Under the pieces are notes generated by a model. It saw nothing but the letters and a program-made list of their open reading frames with translations, searched no databases and had not been told where the DNA came from. A DNA stretch of 64,000 nt, taken from contig JBHGNT010000005.1 in the NCBI GenBank assembly GCA_043228905.1, forward strand, positions 24,862,001 to 24,926,000. Direction: 5' to 3'. Below are positions 35,731 to 50,700 of the stretch, in pieces (the stretch's first letter is position 1; every line of letters starts with the position of its first letter). This DNA comes from Azolla caroliniana. Taxonomy: Eukaryota; Plantae; Polypodiophyta. The translations under genes and the position numbers were made by a program.

Positions 35731-38700
35731 ATGGCGACCGTGGAAGAAGTAGGGGTCATCATCAGCAAAATCCTTTCTGACAAATCGAAGCTTCGGGAGG
35801 TAAACATTCAGGCTTCGTGAAACTTCTCTCTTGAACTTTTCTTGTAATTGTGGAAATAGGACGTTTTCCTAAATTTTCCACGTCTTCTTGCTCTTCCGTT
35901 CCTCCATTTAATCCATATCCCGAGTCTCTCATTGCTTCATCTCCAGTTTACCATGAAAAACATTACATTTTCTTCTGTTAATTCTTTCTTTCCTCATTTT
36001 TAGTGTCTTCTTTCTCTGCATTCCCGCCATTTTCCATTCATTTCTCTGAAAAATGGCGTTTTCCCATCGCTTTCCTTCATTTTCTCTGTTCTTCTCTTTC
36101 TGCATCTTATTCATTTTTCTATTTCTTTTCTCTATTATATGTTTTTATGCAGGAAGGTGTAAAGGAACTTCTGAGCTATCTGGACAGATCCGGAAGTGTG
36201 AGCTTATGTCCTCTACTGGATCAGCAATCTGCTAATTTAAGCCACTTCGATAAGCTTCTTTGTAAGTTCTGAAATGTTACTCCCAGAGAGGTTTCTTGTT
36301 CAATATATTCTCCAAGCTACACAAATTCTAACTTCCACTTAATTCCATATCTGTGATTCATTATTCCAATAATCTTCTCGATAAGTTCTCACATGCTTCT
36401 TCTAGAGTCTTTGCTTGTTTAAGCTATGAATCCATTTATACCGGATGCTTTCACTGGCATACCTTTATGTAATTCCAAGTTATGTCTCCTAGAAACATTG
36501 CATGTTTAAATTATAATGGATTCAACTTTCATTTGATGTTATTTCTTTCCAAGTTCTAACAGAAATCTCCCAAAAATTCATTGTTCATTCTATAAAGAAT
36601 GCGGCCCCCATTTATACCAAATTTCTTAACATGGAAAGGTCTCCAGAAACAATTCAATAAAATAAATTTATATCTCAGAAGCACATCTATCTCACAGCTG
36701 TAAAATATTTGGCACACAATATGCCTACAATATGTATGAGTAGTATTTAATAAATAGTCTATCTTTTTTAAATACTTAGAATATGTATTTAAAGATAAAA
36801 TATGTAGAATACGTTGAATACTTCTTGTAGTTATGCATCTAACAATTATTTTATCTCACTAATTCTCATACAAGTATCACACAGAAAACTTCATGTAATG
36901 AAGGAATCGCTCCAAAAACGTTTCTCAAGGAATAAATCATTCATCTACAAAGTTTTTTTGGCCAAATTATTACAATTTATATTACTAGGAAACTTAAAAT
37001 ACTCGTTAAATACACGGAATATGTCAAATATGTGGAACATTTTGAAATTGCAGTTCTAAATTGTAGAACCGTTCAAATACTTCAGAGTATTCTAAAATGT
37101 AGTTTGTATGTATAATATGTGGTTTTCAACAACTATGATCTATATATCTCAAAAGCTGTTTGTTTTCTTCCTAACTTAATTGCTTTTTTCTGTGTTTGTG
37201 TCGTTAATCCTTTCATCTATCAATTTCGAAAGATCTGGGAAACATATTGTTTCTAACCATCACCTAGTTGAGTTATGAGATAGACAGTATACCTTTTGGT
37301 GGCACTACTCAAGTCACAAAAGTTAAATCTTGACAAATCCATCCAGTCCTACTGTCTGAGTTGTCTATATACCTAAATCATGCTAAAAATAAAGGAATCC
37401 AAATGTAACTCAAAATTAAGTTAGCCATGTTTCTTGCAGCTTCAACCTGGCCAGGTATAGTTCGAGCTCTCTGCCAATGCAACAAAATGGAGTACAGTTC
37501 TAGCAAGAAGAGGGCTCCCAAACCAATTTTTTCAAAAGCCCTCAGGAATGTAATCCAGAAAATGGAAGAACGTATTCGAACAGGTAGCTTTAGTAGACTT
37601 ATGAAATTCTCCCTTCTGTAGATATATTGCGTCTTTCTAGTTGATCAGATATCCATCGGGTTCACACTAGATGATCTTTATGTGGTAAGAGAAGGAAGGA
37701 CTCTATTTTTCTTTCATTTGAATTCTTTGATGTTGTCTAGTTCCTAAAATTTCAAGTTTTTTCAGGTGCTTGTGTACTTCTTGCCCAAGATATAAGGAAT
37801 CTCTTCTCACATTTATTAGAAGGTATCATAGAGGCCCCAAGCTTCCTCTCTGATTATAGTCATGTACTTCGTCAGCTGCTTTCAGTTTCAGACTACTGTT
37901 CGCAAATGACTAGGCCGGTTTATGCAAGTAAATGTGACCCCAAGCTCTTTCCTGTGAATCTTTATATTGAAGAATTTTGTAACTTTGACTGGAAATGATT
38001 TAAAAGTAAACTTATTTTTCTTTTGCAGAGTTTGTGCTCCTTTTCCTAGAAAAAATGAAGGCTCTGGTGTATGAAAATACAACTGAAATCTCATTGTCTA
38101 AAGAAGAAGCATTTCGCACTGCAACAATATTACAAAGCCTATTGCAAAATCCTTCTGACCATTTCATGGAAAAAGTCAGAGAACCATTAATTGAGGGCTT
38201 GAATAACATTTTTATGCACTTGAGGTTTGTCCATGCTTGTTAAATTTGTGAATAATGGAATATAAATGTTGGAAATTTCTTTAGGGCACATTTAAGTTTA
38301 ATGATTGTCAAATTTATGAACCATTGAATATAAATGGAGGAATGCTCTAACGATAATCTATGGTCTCAAGAATGTTTGATTGATCTCACAAAAACTTTTC
38401 TAGTTCAGGCATTATGATACACAATCTCAAGTATCTAAAATAGAAGAATCGGAAAAACTGAGACTTGTACTTCTCAAAGGGTAATGTGGTGCCTTCTAAG
38501 AATTTCAAGAACCAGGAAAAATCTATGTTCCTACTGGTCTAGGATTCTGTGAATGACTTCGGGTTATAGTTTGTGGGTTAAAGAGTTTTAGATTATTTGC
38601 GAAGTTATGGTTTCTGCTGTTTCCTATGGTAACTCTCCAAACATTGCTCTATATTGGGTTTCAAACAACATGTCTCATGATAGGATCAGGTCACAAACCA

Positions 38701-41700
38701 GAACGGCTTTAAAAAAATAGCGTAGGGTATAAGCATGTAATCTCTCATTGTAAGGTCTTTCACTTCAATTGGCTCGTGTAAGGCCATCACAATCCCATCT
38801 TCTCAGAAATAACAGTTTCTATGCCTAGTTAACTTTTTGCTAATGCTCTTTTTGCTTGTCTATACAGCAATGAAGGAAGAGTGGCGAGAAAACTGCTTGC
38901 ATCTTTAAATATGCTTCTGCTGAAAGATGGCGTGAATCTTGGTGATTTGTTGATTGACATCCATTCTAGCATTAAGGGTTTTGTAGCCCGCACTTGGAAA
39001 GTAACACGTGATCGAGAACTCAAGGTACATTGATATGCATCCCTTTGTATTTTATCTCAAATATAGGATGGTGTACCATGCATGATTTCTGATCATGCAC
39101 ATTATTTGTAGGATGAACTCGTGTTGTATGGCAGGCTGCAATTGAAACTAAGGGCTGTAGTCGTTTTCTTGGAGGGTGAATTTATAGAAGAAATGTTGCA
39201 ACTGGTTGAGAAGGATCTAGATCAAGCTTGTGCTTTAACTTTTTTATCTGGCTCATATCGGTATGTTGATTAGTCAAGAAGGCTGCTGGGTAAATGTAAT
39301 GTCTAAGTTGGGGACTCCTTGTATACAGTATAAATAAATTTCTTTAAACCTTTGCATTGTTTGTTTTGTAAGGTTTGATGGAGGTAGAGATGGTGGAAAA
39401 TCCTGCACCGTCACGATAGGAATGCGACACTTTCTCGAGTTTTCAGCGTCAATTTTATTTCAGGTGCAATATTTATATTTATTATTCTGTAGCTCTATGA
39501 AGTTATTACAACTAATGACAAATGTGGATCTGAGCTTCAATATTAATGGAATATAAATCTACATATTTCTACCTGTAGGCAAGTTTGAATGCTGGATCCA
39601 GAGGCCTTGCATCATCAAAGAAGCAAAAGAAACAAGATGTTTTTGCTACACTAACTGAGCGCCTTAATAATGGGAATACCTTGTGGTAATGTTGTGCTCA
39701 ATTAGGCAATATATATGGTAGATTATACATAAAGTGGATAGACAAGTAAAGTGTCAACAAAATGACATATTTCAGCAGTGATATGCAAATATAGGTAGAA
39801 CAAGATTTACTTTCACCTTCTACTTTCACTTTGCTGATTGCATATCATATATAAAGATTTATGTGACAAAATCATTGGACAATAAATTAAACAAAAAAAT
39901 CAAGTTTAATTCATTGAAAATGGAAAAGTTAAAGATCAGTTCTGGAAGGTTCATGTATATTTCAGGCTAAATAGACACGATTTCAATAGCTATTTTATTT
40001 CAGCAGGTAAAAAACTTGTGCTTAAAAGGCACAAATCGAGTACCTGATGGTCAGACGTAATCAGATTTAAATTGCTAATGTGCATGAAAAATGATTAAAT
40101 TTGATCAAAGCACTTGTGGTGTGCTTTCGTTTGTGGATTCTTTTCTCATCTTTAGATGCACATTTTTCTCGCGGAAGATGTGTGAAAGCCATTATTGGTC
40201 CTGTTCTTTTGGTCTCCCTTTTCTACTTGAGTTTTGATACCTAAGAAAGAACCTTCTCATCATTCACATTCACAGAGGTAAATTGTTTTAGACATTTTAG
40301 TTCTTGCAATTATGTTTGAATGCATTTGATGAAGACAACCAATTATTCCTCTGAATCCTAAAGAGCTTTTTGCTCATTCAAGATGTCTTTGATTTGGCTG
40401 GTTTCTTTATAGAAACATCATGAAATATTCCATGTTTGTACCCCAAAGAATATTTTGTCCTATTTAGGGCCTGCACAGTCTTGTGAAAGATTGGAACTGA
40501 CTGGTTTTTAGACCTGGTAAAAATGTTTTTGCTGTCTTTTTCTACTATTTGACTGAAATGACATCCATTAATTCTGATAAGATTGCACGCTGGCACATAA
40601 CAATGTATAATAAGTTTCCAGAAGGCACTGTAACCATTTTATCAGTTGGAGAACGACAAACCAACTCTAAGCTTCCTTGTAGCGGAAACTTACCACTGTT
40701 CAGTACTTTTTCTTAAGAGAGACATGTTTTTGTTTGAATAAATGTGTACAAATCACATTTTAGTTTGAATAAATGAAGCCACTCTGTTTTTTTTCTTTTT
40801 TTGCCTTGCAAATTTAATCGTAGAGTGCTAAGTATATTCATATACAATGCAAACTTACAAATTTGGCTAGAACTTCTTTTTAGGTGGGGAACTTTTTGTC
40901 TCTTGGTTCGCACCCATTATCAGGGTATATCTCTGGAGGTAATGTTCCAGTGGTTAAAGAATTTGTGTGGAATTTTGGAAAGGTGAGAAAGCAAAACCTT
41001 ATTTCATGGTCCACGGCTTTGGATTTTATGATGCATTATCTAATCACTAGAAACATTGATGTTCCTTTGGGTTTAGATCTTTGTTAGAGGCTTCAAGAAG
41101 TACCCAAAACTTTGAATCTCTAATATGGATTCTGAGGTAAAAGTTAGCTTTTCCATACAGTACAACTGAAATATGAAGTCTTCTGGAAAATATTCAGACA
41201 TTCTTGAAATCTGTCAGAAAACAACAGTCAATCTACCTGCTTCTAGGTTCTCATGTCTTTATACTTACAATTTCATTATATTGATAGGTGTCTCCAGGAG
41301 TTATGTTTAGTGTGGCCTGCAGTTTTATGCATCAGAAGTAGAGAGACTACCCCTCTAACCTCTCAAGACAAGGTAAATCTTATCAACATCGGGCAATTTA
41401 TTCTATTAAATTCTGGACATGTGAATTATGCTTTTCATCTCCAGATCAAAATAAAATTTCTGTTGGCATGCAGTCTAAAAGTCTTTGGGAGTCTGTTTGG
41501 ATGATGCTACTGCAATGGATACCTCTGTTTAGTGGTACTGCAATATTAGTAAGTATCCTATGAAAATGCTATTGTCCAATTAATGATGTATAAGCGATAT
41601 GAATACCTTGTAAGTTCAAAATATTTTCTATATTAGTTTATGCAAAGAAAATAAAATTGTAATCAGATTACATCAATTCTAGATTTCTATGGTGATTTTA

Positions 41701-44700
41701 TTTATAAAGAGTGCTTTGCAAGCGTTTTACCAAACAGGTTTGATTTTCTGCAGGTTGAAGAGTCATTTAAACTTTTAGGCTATCTATTACTGCAGGTATC
41801 TGGAAAAAGTTCACTTGATTTGTTTCTATACTTCACATCTTGGAACTTGCTTGTAGACTTCTGAATCACATTGTTGTTTTGATGTATGCGTAGAAACTCT
41901 TGTCAATATACCCTGTACCGCAAGATTTTTGGTCACTGAGACCCTTCAGTGAAACACCCTGCGGGTAAATGTTGCTTTTACTAATATTGAGTTTTGGATT
42001 TTATGATGCTTTGTGACCTTGAAAATACTTATTGTCAAATGTCCAGGAGCGTGTTATTCTTCATCGCTTCATTCTTCTCCTGTTCACCACAACAGGTTTT
42101 CTTTCTTGCAAGGAAACAGTGTAAAATTTTCTTGGTGCCTGCATTAATGCGCTAAGTCTGTTGTCCAATTGTTCAGGTTCCTTTCTTTGAGGATTTAGAG
42201 TTGTGGAAGAAATTGTTGACATGGTCAGTGCTAACTCCGGATAAGCAGGTAGGGACCTTTTTTTATGTATGTTGACAAAATGAAATCTATAAATGCGATA
42301 ATATAATTTTCTAGTGTATATGTAGAATATTACTGTGAGCTACTTCATGTATTTTTTGGTTTGTTAAATTCTGAGTACTGTCAGAAGTTCATATTTAGTG
42401 TGAAACTTTTAATTTAGCAGAACCATTACATCTCTAGGTATGATACAAGTCTTATTGCTACCTTTTATGTATGAAGATCTTCTTTTGGTGTTATAATCTA
42501 GTTTCTTGCAGTCATAAGTGTCTTGTAATTTAATTGATTTTGTAAGTTTTTTCTGAGATGCAGGAATACCTACAGCTAAAAAGTGCAGCAATTTTATCTT
42601 TGTCTACTGGTTATGTGCCTCTGTCATTACAGCATTTGAGTAAATCATCTTGTTTTTTTGAAGAATTGGATGATTGGGCCAAGGTTTCTATCGCTTTCTG
42701 TAATTTCACGTTTTAATGTATCTGGGGCAGCTTATAACTTGGTGCATTTATTACTACTTAGGTTGAGCACTTAGGTGAGACTACCGAGAAAGATCTTCAT
42801 GCACTTGATAAAATAGAAATTTCTCTAGCAGAATGCGGTTCTTCTGAATTTGACCAGGTTAGAATAATTATATGCTGGCTATATTGCTTGAAAGTAGTGT
42901 GTTCTTTTGATAGTTTTGCCTTTTATTGGAAAACAGCAGATTGCAATAACTCAGCAGACAAGGAATAATCCCTTCCCTGTAACACAAGTTCTTTTGAAGG
43001 AATTGGCAGATGTGATTGTGAAGAAAGTCTCTATGCTAACTGAACCAAAAACACAAGGAATACTGGAACAGTCCTTGAACTTTGCTTCAATTATTATGTC
43101 ATGCATCTGCAATATAGTGAGCACTTTGCAAGGAAGGTACACTTTCTGTTCTAAAATGTAAGATACTTTTACATAGTTCTTCGTCAATGGTTCTATAACT
43201 AGTGGCATTGTGCACAAGTGAAATAGCAATGCAAAAATTGTCCATACATCATATTATACATTGAGCCCATGATCTATTAAGATCTGAAGGTAGTCACCAG
43301 GTTATTTGTTTTAGCAAAGTTGACTCAGAGTCAACGAAAGTGAGTCACAGAGCCACACCGTCACTGTCCTCGTATATTTTCTGTTGTTCACTTCATCATA
43401 TTTGATGTACAGACTGCGCAAAAGAATGTAGAGCATACAAGTGTCACTGTAAGCCTTCTGGGGAGGCTGTTATAAGAAGTTAGAACATGTTGTGTTCAGA
43501 TGAGTTTTTAACATTGGTTTATGGCATATTTAGAACGCCTGCATACTTTCTAACATTCTGGCTGGTGAAGCTCACTTTACCTTGGAGATGCTTGTGATTG
43601 TATGATGTGGGCTCAGTATCTTTCAATGAATGGAATAGAGTCATTACATTAACACATCCCTTATCTAGCAATTTATACATAGAAGTTCGTTTTAACATGC
43701 TTTCTCTAATATTTAACATAGTAGGCATGATGTAATGCAGGGGTCAGGTGAACCAAGAGTGGTCTTCTGAAGGGAGAGTGTATGATGCCCTTTCTAGAAT
43801 TGTTATCAATTGCATTTCAATAGTGAAGGATTCTGCAAATGGGCTTCTCCAAATTAAGGATAATGTAGCGCTTGATAGCTTGTGCCAAAATGTCTCAGAG
43901 GTTTTCCTATCAGACCTGAGGAAAAGTTTGAGTATGCTGCTTTCCGGGACATCACACATTTCAGAATATCAGGCTGACAATGTGGGCCAGTTTTTGACTT
44001 TACTACCTCTCTTTGAAAGCTTTCTCCTCTCTATTGACAGTTTATTCAAGGCATGTAGAGATTTTCAAGGAACTGTTGATGCTTCTTGTGGGACATTGCC
44101 TTGTAATATTGATTATGTTGCTGAAGAATCTGTGGACGCCAGGATTTTGGATGCAGATTTTGATAATGTCAGTAGAGCAGTTATTAAAGATTCAAGTTGT
44201 GCTTATGATACTAGTACAGGGGATTCCCTGAACTTCAAGCAGAAGTGGATGATAGATTGTGTGACCATTATCACACTTTTTGCTTCGAGGCTCCCTGAAA
44301 AGACTTGTGACATACTTCTAGGCTTACTACGAGAAGAAGAACATCCAAAGGTGAGACTGTATATCCATTCAGGTGCATTGTTTAGTGAAGTAATGTTTGA
44401 ATAGAAATATTTGTTTTGGCACAATTAGGTACGGAGGAAAATTATACTATCATTGTGCAAATCAGTTACATATAAGCGTCCAGATCATGTGGTTTTTGTG
44501 GTAAGGTAATGTTTTTCGTGTTGCTACTTTCTGTCAGTATGAATCTAAAAAACTTTCCTTACAGGTGGATGATCTTCGATCTGAATCCCAGTCAATTACT
44601 AGGAGTCTGGGAATGGATGCTTATTTTGTAGTTATAGCTGTTAATACGTTACTCAAAACTTTATTAGCATCCAAGGAAATCTATGGAACACTTGAATCTG

Positions 44701-47700
44701 ATAAATCTGAAGGAAAGTGGAGCCATTCTGAGAAGGTGAATGCAACCCCTGAACCCCCTTCTAGTTTTCCTTTGAAAAATATTAACCATTCTGGTAACCT
44801 TGAATATGCGTAGGCAACATTTTCCTCATGCGATATGATCCTCGTTTATTTGGTTTCTTACCATGTTAGTGTGCAATGAAAATAGTATCACCAAGTTTTT
44901 CACTGCATAGGTTCATGACCGGAGAAGATACAACCTTTTTGTACAAATTTACAAATGGGAACTTGGATTTTCCTCATGCGATATGCGTAGGAAACCTTGA
45001 ATATGCGTAGGCAACATTTTTCTCATGCGATATGCGTAGAAGATATAACCTTGAATATGCATAGGCAACATTTTCCTCATGCAATATGCTCCTCGTTTAT
45101 TTGGTTTCTTACCATGTTAGTGTGCAATGAAAATAGTATCACCAAGTTTTTCGCTGCATAGGTTCATGATCGGAGAAGATACAACCTTTTTGAACAAATT
45201 TACAAATGGGAACTTGGATTTTGGTGCTTTAATGCCGAACAGTCTATAGATGTTTGATACATTGGACATTTGCTTTGCTATTTCGTACTTACTTTAGTTA
45301 TGTGCTGTTAGGTCTTCAAAGAACTAGCAAAACTGCTGGATGATGCAAGCCAAAACAATTTCCCTTTTTGGCATTTGCGATGGAAGTTTGCAAAAGCTAT
45401 TAAAAAGCTTAACATTCTAGACCCAGTTGCAACTGAGGTAATGAATTTCTGAATTGTTTGGTGTCCTATATATGCTTTCATTTTTGATATTTCTGAATGT
45501 TACAAGTGATGGTATTTCGTCCATTATTTTCCTATCTCTTTTGATAGGTTTTGCTCGATAAGTTCTTAGGCATGCTTCACGATGTAGACTACAGAGTAAG
45601 GTGGATTATGTCAAAAACAATAGACGTCTTGTTTCAAGTATACACAGGACATCAAGATTTGTTGCAAGACATATGGTGAGTTCTCAGACATCACTCTCAG
45701 TATGTTTTTCACTGCTGAAGCTAACATGCTAGATTAAGCTTTTTATTCAACTGTTACATTATTTGGATTCTACTTATATTAGGACTGTGAAATGACTTCT
45801 CACGCAGTTCAAATATTGGACTCAAGATGGTCATGACTACAAAGGAAAAGACGGTAACTGCTGCAGAAGTTTCTTTGACAACAAAAGACCGTTGTCTTGC
45901 AGAAACGGCTTTAATTACATTGGCTGAGGTTGCAGCTGCCAGTGAGAAAGTAGAGGTTGAGGTATACATTTACATTTTCAACTTTTTTGTTGTATGCATG
46001 TGATGGAATCATAGATTGACATATTCGCATTCGTGGGATTTTCCATTCGAATGCAAACGAATACGCATACATTCGTGTGGTCAAGTATTCGTTTTAAAAA
46101 AAAGGAAAAAAAATGAGATGAACTCCCTCCTTTTAGTTTCTTAGGAAAAAAAAAGGGACTTGACAATAAAAAGGGGATAATAAAATAGAGAGTTTAGAGA
46201 GACTTGACAGTAATAAATTTTCATTGGAGATCTTGATTCTTTACTAAATAAATAAATAAATAAAATTAAAATTTCGCTTTATTTTTAATAAATAAAAAAA
46301 ATAAAAGAAAGGTTCATTAATTCTTCACCTTTTCTTTTCCCAAAATTTATGGATATTTTTATGTGACATTAAAATTGAGACTTCACATTAATCATGTTTT
46401 CAGAGTAAATATAAAAATATTCGTTTTTTTAAATAAAAAAATCAATTATTTAAATAAAATAAAGGTTCATAAACTCTCCTCTTTTTTTATTTGACACTAG
46501 AAAGGAGAGCTTATATTAATCATATTTTTATAATTTATTAATGAATAATTGTTCTATTTTTAGTGAATTAAATTTATTTATTTTTAAATTAATTAATTAC
46601 TTAATTGTTTGTATATTTATTTTACAAAACGAATGGTTTTTAAATATTCTTAGGGCCATTTTGTATTCTCGAATATTGAGAATATCACGCATGGAGAATA
46701 TGACGAATATCACGCATGTGTCAATCTATGGATGGAATTATGATTCTATTCAACAAGAAAGCTCCTTAAATGCCATGATGGTGCCCTCAACATGGTTGCA
46801 TCCATAACAGATTATTAGATTAACATGATGACATTATGCAAACAGAGGATATATTTTGCTTTGCTAAAGGATATAATGCAGAATGGACCAGGGAATTGAA
46901 ACTGGGGTTGTGAGTATTACTAAATGTGAACCATTTGCAAATGTGAACCATTACTTGAGATGTTTTATCTAAAGGCGAAAATCTTATGTGCACGTGGGAG
47001 TTAATAAATCCTCTTTTAACACACAATCATCATATCAACAAACCATAGTAATAATATGGACAAAAATCATTAGGTTGCTTATTTATGGTTCTCTTCATAC
47101 TAAATTTGTGCAAGTTGGCTTTTGCTTATCCTAGACACACTTGTTTTTTAGAGACCTGTCTCTGTAATTATAATAGAAGGCTAATACATTTTCAGATGCT
47201 TTATTTTCCACATCTTTTTTCGTCGGTGTGAAATTCATCATACACTGTCTGAATTTATATATCGCAGCTAGTAAAAGACTTAATTATTGCTGTTTTTGCA
47301 GGCTGTGTTTGTAATATGTGCAAATGCTGCTGTTTTTCCTCGTGTGAGGTTTGGTCCACTAAATATGTATTTAGTTTAATCCTTAGAAACAAATATTTCC
47401 TCTTCACAGATTTACATGTTTCTTACAGGTTCTTATCACGAGTGACTTTGGATAGACTGGCAAGGAAAATGCAATATCCTAACCGTTGGAAGGTATAATT
47501 TGAGTCTACATTTATAGGCTCCTTCAATTGATGGGTTATCACACTATTTCGACTTATGGGTTATCACATTTATAGCTTCCTTAATCAGATTTAGTGTAAT
47601 GTTTTTGCTGGCAGTATTTGTCACATCATCTGTGTTCAATTTTCTCATTTTGGGTTAAGGTGCAGTTACCACTTCCTAAATTAGTTGAGGTAAGCCAGTT

Positions 47701-50700
47701 TTAACTTTTGAATGAGAACTTTTGGAAGACAGTAATGTGAAATAAAAAATCGACTGGTAAAATAGTAATTAAATTTCAACATTCCTCCTATTTTTATGCA
47801 GATTAGGGAGCTTTTGGTTTATAAACTGGAGCCTATTGATTTCTTAAATTACTGCTGCCCATGGCTGTTACCTTCTCTATTATTTTACAACAGTGATAAT
47901 GAGCTTAAATGGCTTGCGAAGGTGACATTGGATAGAACAGAATCGTCTTGTCATGTGGTGTTAATGATGAAATGGGAAATAAGTATGTGTAGATAGTAAT
48001 CAGAATTGACCCTTATGTAGGTGATATCTAAATCAATTTCAGACCTGGTGAAAGAATTCTCTGCTGCTATATTTTCTGCTTTACTTCCTTTGTACTGTCA
48101 TGGAGACGAGGCAGAGAAAAGGGTAGCTGTGTCTGTTCTTCAGGGGAAGATGCTGGTATTAGCAAATCTGTCAGAGGATGACAGGGATAAACTTATCAAG
48201 AAAAATATGGTTTGTAAAATGTTTCACTACATGCTATTGTTGAACCTTTGGGAACATTTTTGTTAGTGGATTACTTCATTATTAAATGTTTGTATTTATT
48301 TGTACTTGTCTTGTCATCCAAGAAAGTTAAAAACTGGCAGTTTGCTTTGTCATCACTATAAGAATGAAGAGGTTTTGCTAGTTCATAATGAGTACTTGGT
48401 TGCTGTTCACGTGATAGGTTTCCATTGTGAATGGTGTATTACAATTGTGCTCTTCAACTGAACAGCCTTCATTTCCTTTGTTTTCCAAGAAAGATGTTAT
48501 ATCTTCAGTGAAAATTGTAGTAGATGGCTTTTGTGGGAGGTAAGATACTGGTTTTGAGAATGGTTTTGTTTACTGCAAAACACATTGTAGATATTAGTTA
48601 CAGGCGTACTGAATGAATTTTTGCCCAACTGGATGCTAGTGACTCTTCTGTGTGTCAGAATGGTAATGACATGGTAGGAGTGGAGGATGTGCTAAAGATT
48701 TTCCGGGCAGATCGTGTGTTTATGGTATGAATTGAAGCTGTTTCTTTTCATGACTTAAAAAATGCAAAATGTCACCTGATAAACAGTTTTATAAGTCTGA
48801 AAACTGAACATCTTTTATGCAGTTCATACTGCAAATTCATCTTCAGATCAAATCAGCATTTAATTCGCGGCATTGTCGAGCGAAACTTGCTGGATTGGCA
48901 TGCCTGATATATGTCATAAGGAAAAATGTTGCAGTTCCAATCATTTGCCGGTAAATATGAATCTTTAACCTTCTTTTATTTTCTCATCTAAAATCTATGA
49001 AATAGAGAAAAATCAGTGCTTGATAGAAATAAAGTAATTGGGAGAGATGATGGTAGTTAAGATATTTTCCCTAATGTTTAAAAGGCAATCTCCAAGGCAC
49101 ACACAATCATTACATAGAAATTTCTATTTTCCTCTGTTATCGACAAATAAAGGCCATTGTTTCCTGCCATCGCAGGTGCTTCCCTTGCTTTGGAGACCCC
49201 GTCATTCGGGATCGACCTATGCTAGAGATATTTCGAAGACAAAAGTTATAATATATCTAACTTCACAATCTCACATGTGCCGAAAACCAGATTCCCTCGT
49301 CTGTTTTGATCTAACTTGACAATATTATTTTGATGTGTTGTTCTCAAAGACGAGACAACACTTAAGATGTAATCTCTTGTTTGGTCTTTATAGGCCATTT
49401 TGGCCACATTACATAGAGAGATTCGGGGGTTCCGGAGCACGCCTAGCAGGTATAGCTATACAAATATTACTATATGCTGATGACATTGTGCTGATTTCTG
49501 ACTCTCCGGAGGGACTACAAAGCCATCTAAATGCCTTAAAACGATTTTGTACGGACAAAGGTTTGTCAATCAACATGGACAAAACTAAAGTGATGGTGTT
49601 TAACACCACTCAAGCATGGGTAACAAGATCAGAACCAGAATTCTTCTTGGGAGAGGAAAAGGTGGAATACACACGCTCTTACACATACCTAGGTGTAACA
49701 TTTACAGGACCTGGGTTCTCCTTACAGGAGGCTGCTAGTGCCCGACTTTCTCATGGATATGCAGCCCTTGGTGCTCTCGAGAGACAATGTGCAGATCTGC
49801 AGTTCCAAGAGCCACAGACTAAGCTATGGCTATTTGATACACTTGTCACACCAACTCTTCTCTATGTAGTAGAAACATGGGGACAGAGTCTTAACAAGGC
49901 AAATCATTGGAAAGATTTAGAGAGACCTTTAGTGTCAATGATTGCCCGCATGATAAGGAGCAAACCATCGGTGCCCCACGATATAATTTAGGCAGAGATG
50001 GGAACAACACCTATAATAACCGAGGCATTGTTCCGATCAATGACATTTATCCAACGTCTTTGGGAGCTACCTAAACGAAGGTACTCAAGGTTGGCACTTA
50101 TGTCATGAAGACAACTCGCTGAAAATAGAGACACTCATTGTTGGTATGCTGAAATGCAACAACGGTTCGAGTCACATGGGATGAGTATAAATGCACTACC
50201 GCCGTTCCAATATAGCTTGGACTGTCCCCACCTAAATATGACCAAAGTGGAAAAAAGAATAGAGTGATCCGGACTTATATTATTAACTTGGAAAACAACA
50301 TAACATGGATAAGCCCCAAAATGCCACTGGGTACAAAGATGGCCCACTATAAGACGCACTTCTTACATACATCAGAGGATGGATTCGTCATCAGGCCACC
50401 TTATATGGACATACATCTATCCTATGGCTGCGTAGTGTGGGCAGTTGCGAACTCCATCACATCATCTACAGATTGAGGTAGGCAGATATACACGACTACC
50501 TCTAGAAGAGAGAATTTGCCAATTGTGTCATCAAGGAGTGGAATCTGAGGAATACTATGTTTGTCATTGTAGTGTCTTTTATGAAATCAGAGGGAGATAC
50601 CATTGCCTCTTTAAACAAGGCTTTGGCCCACTACGCAAGGTAATGGAATATTAGGACCAACGATGCCTAGGACTTTTCTTGCTAGAGCTCAAGAGACATC

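Noticed and set aside
50164-50173. B-box-like GGTTCGAGTC
   Set aside because: It lies in LINE ORF2 coding sequence (xFES) with no A-box upstream.
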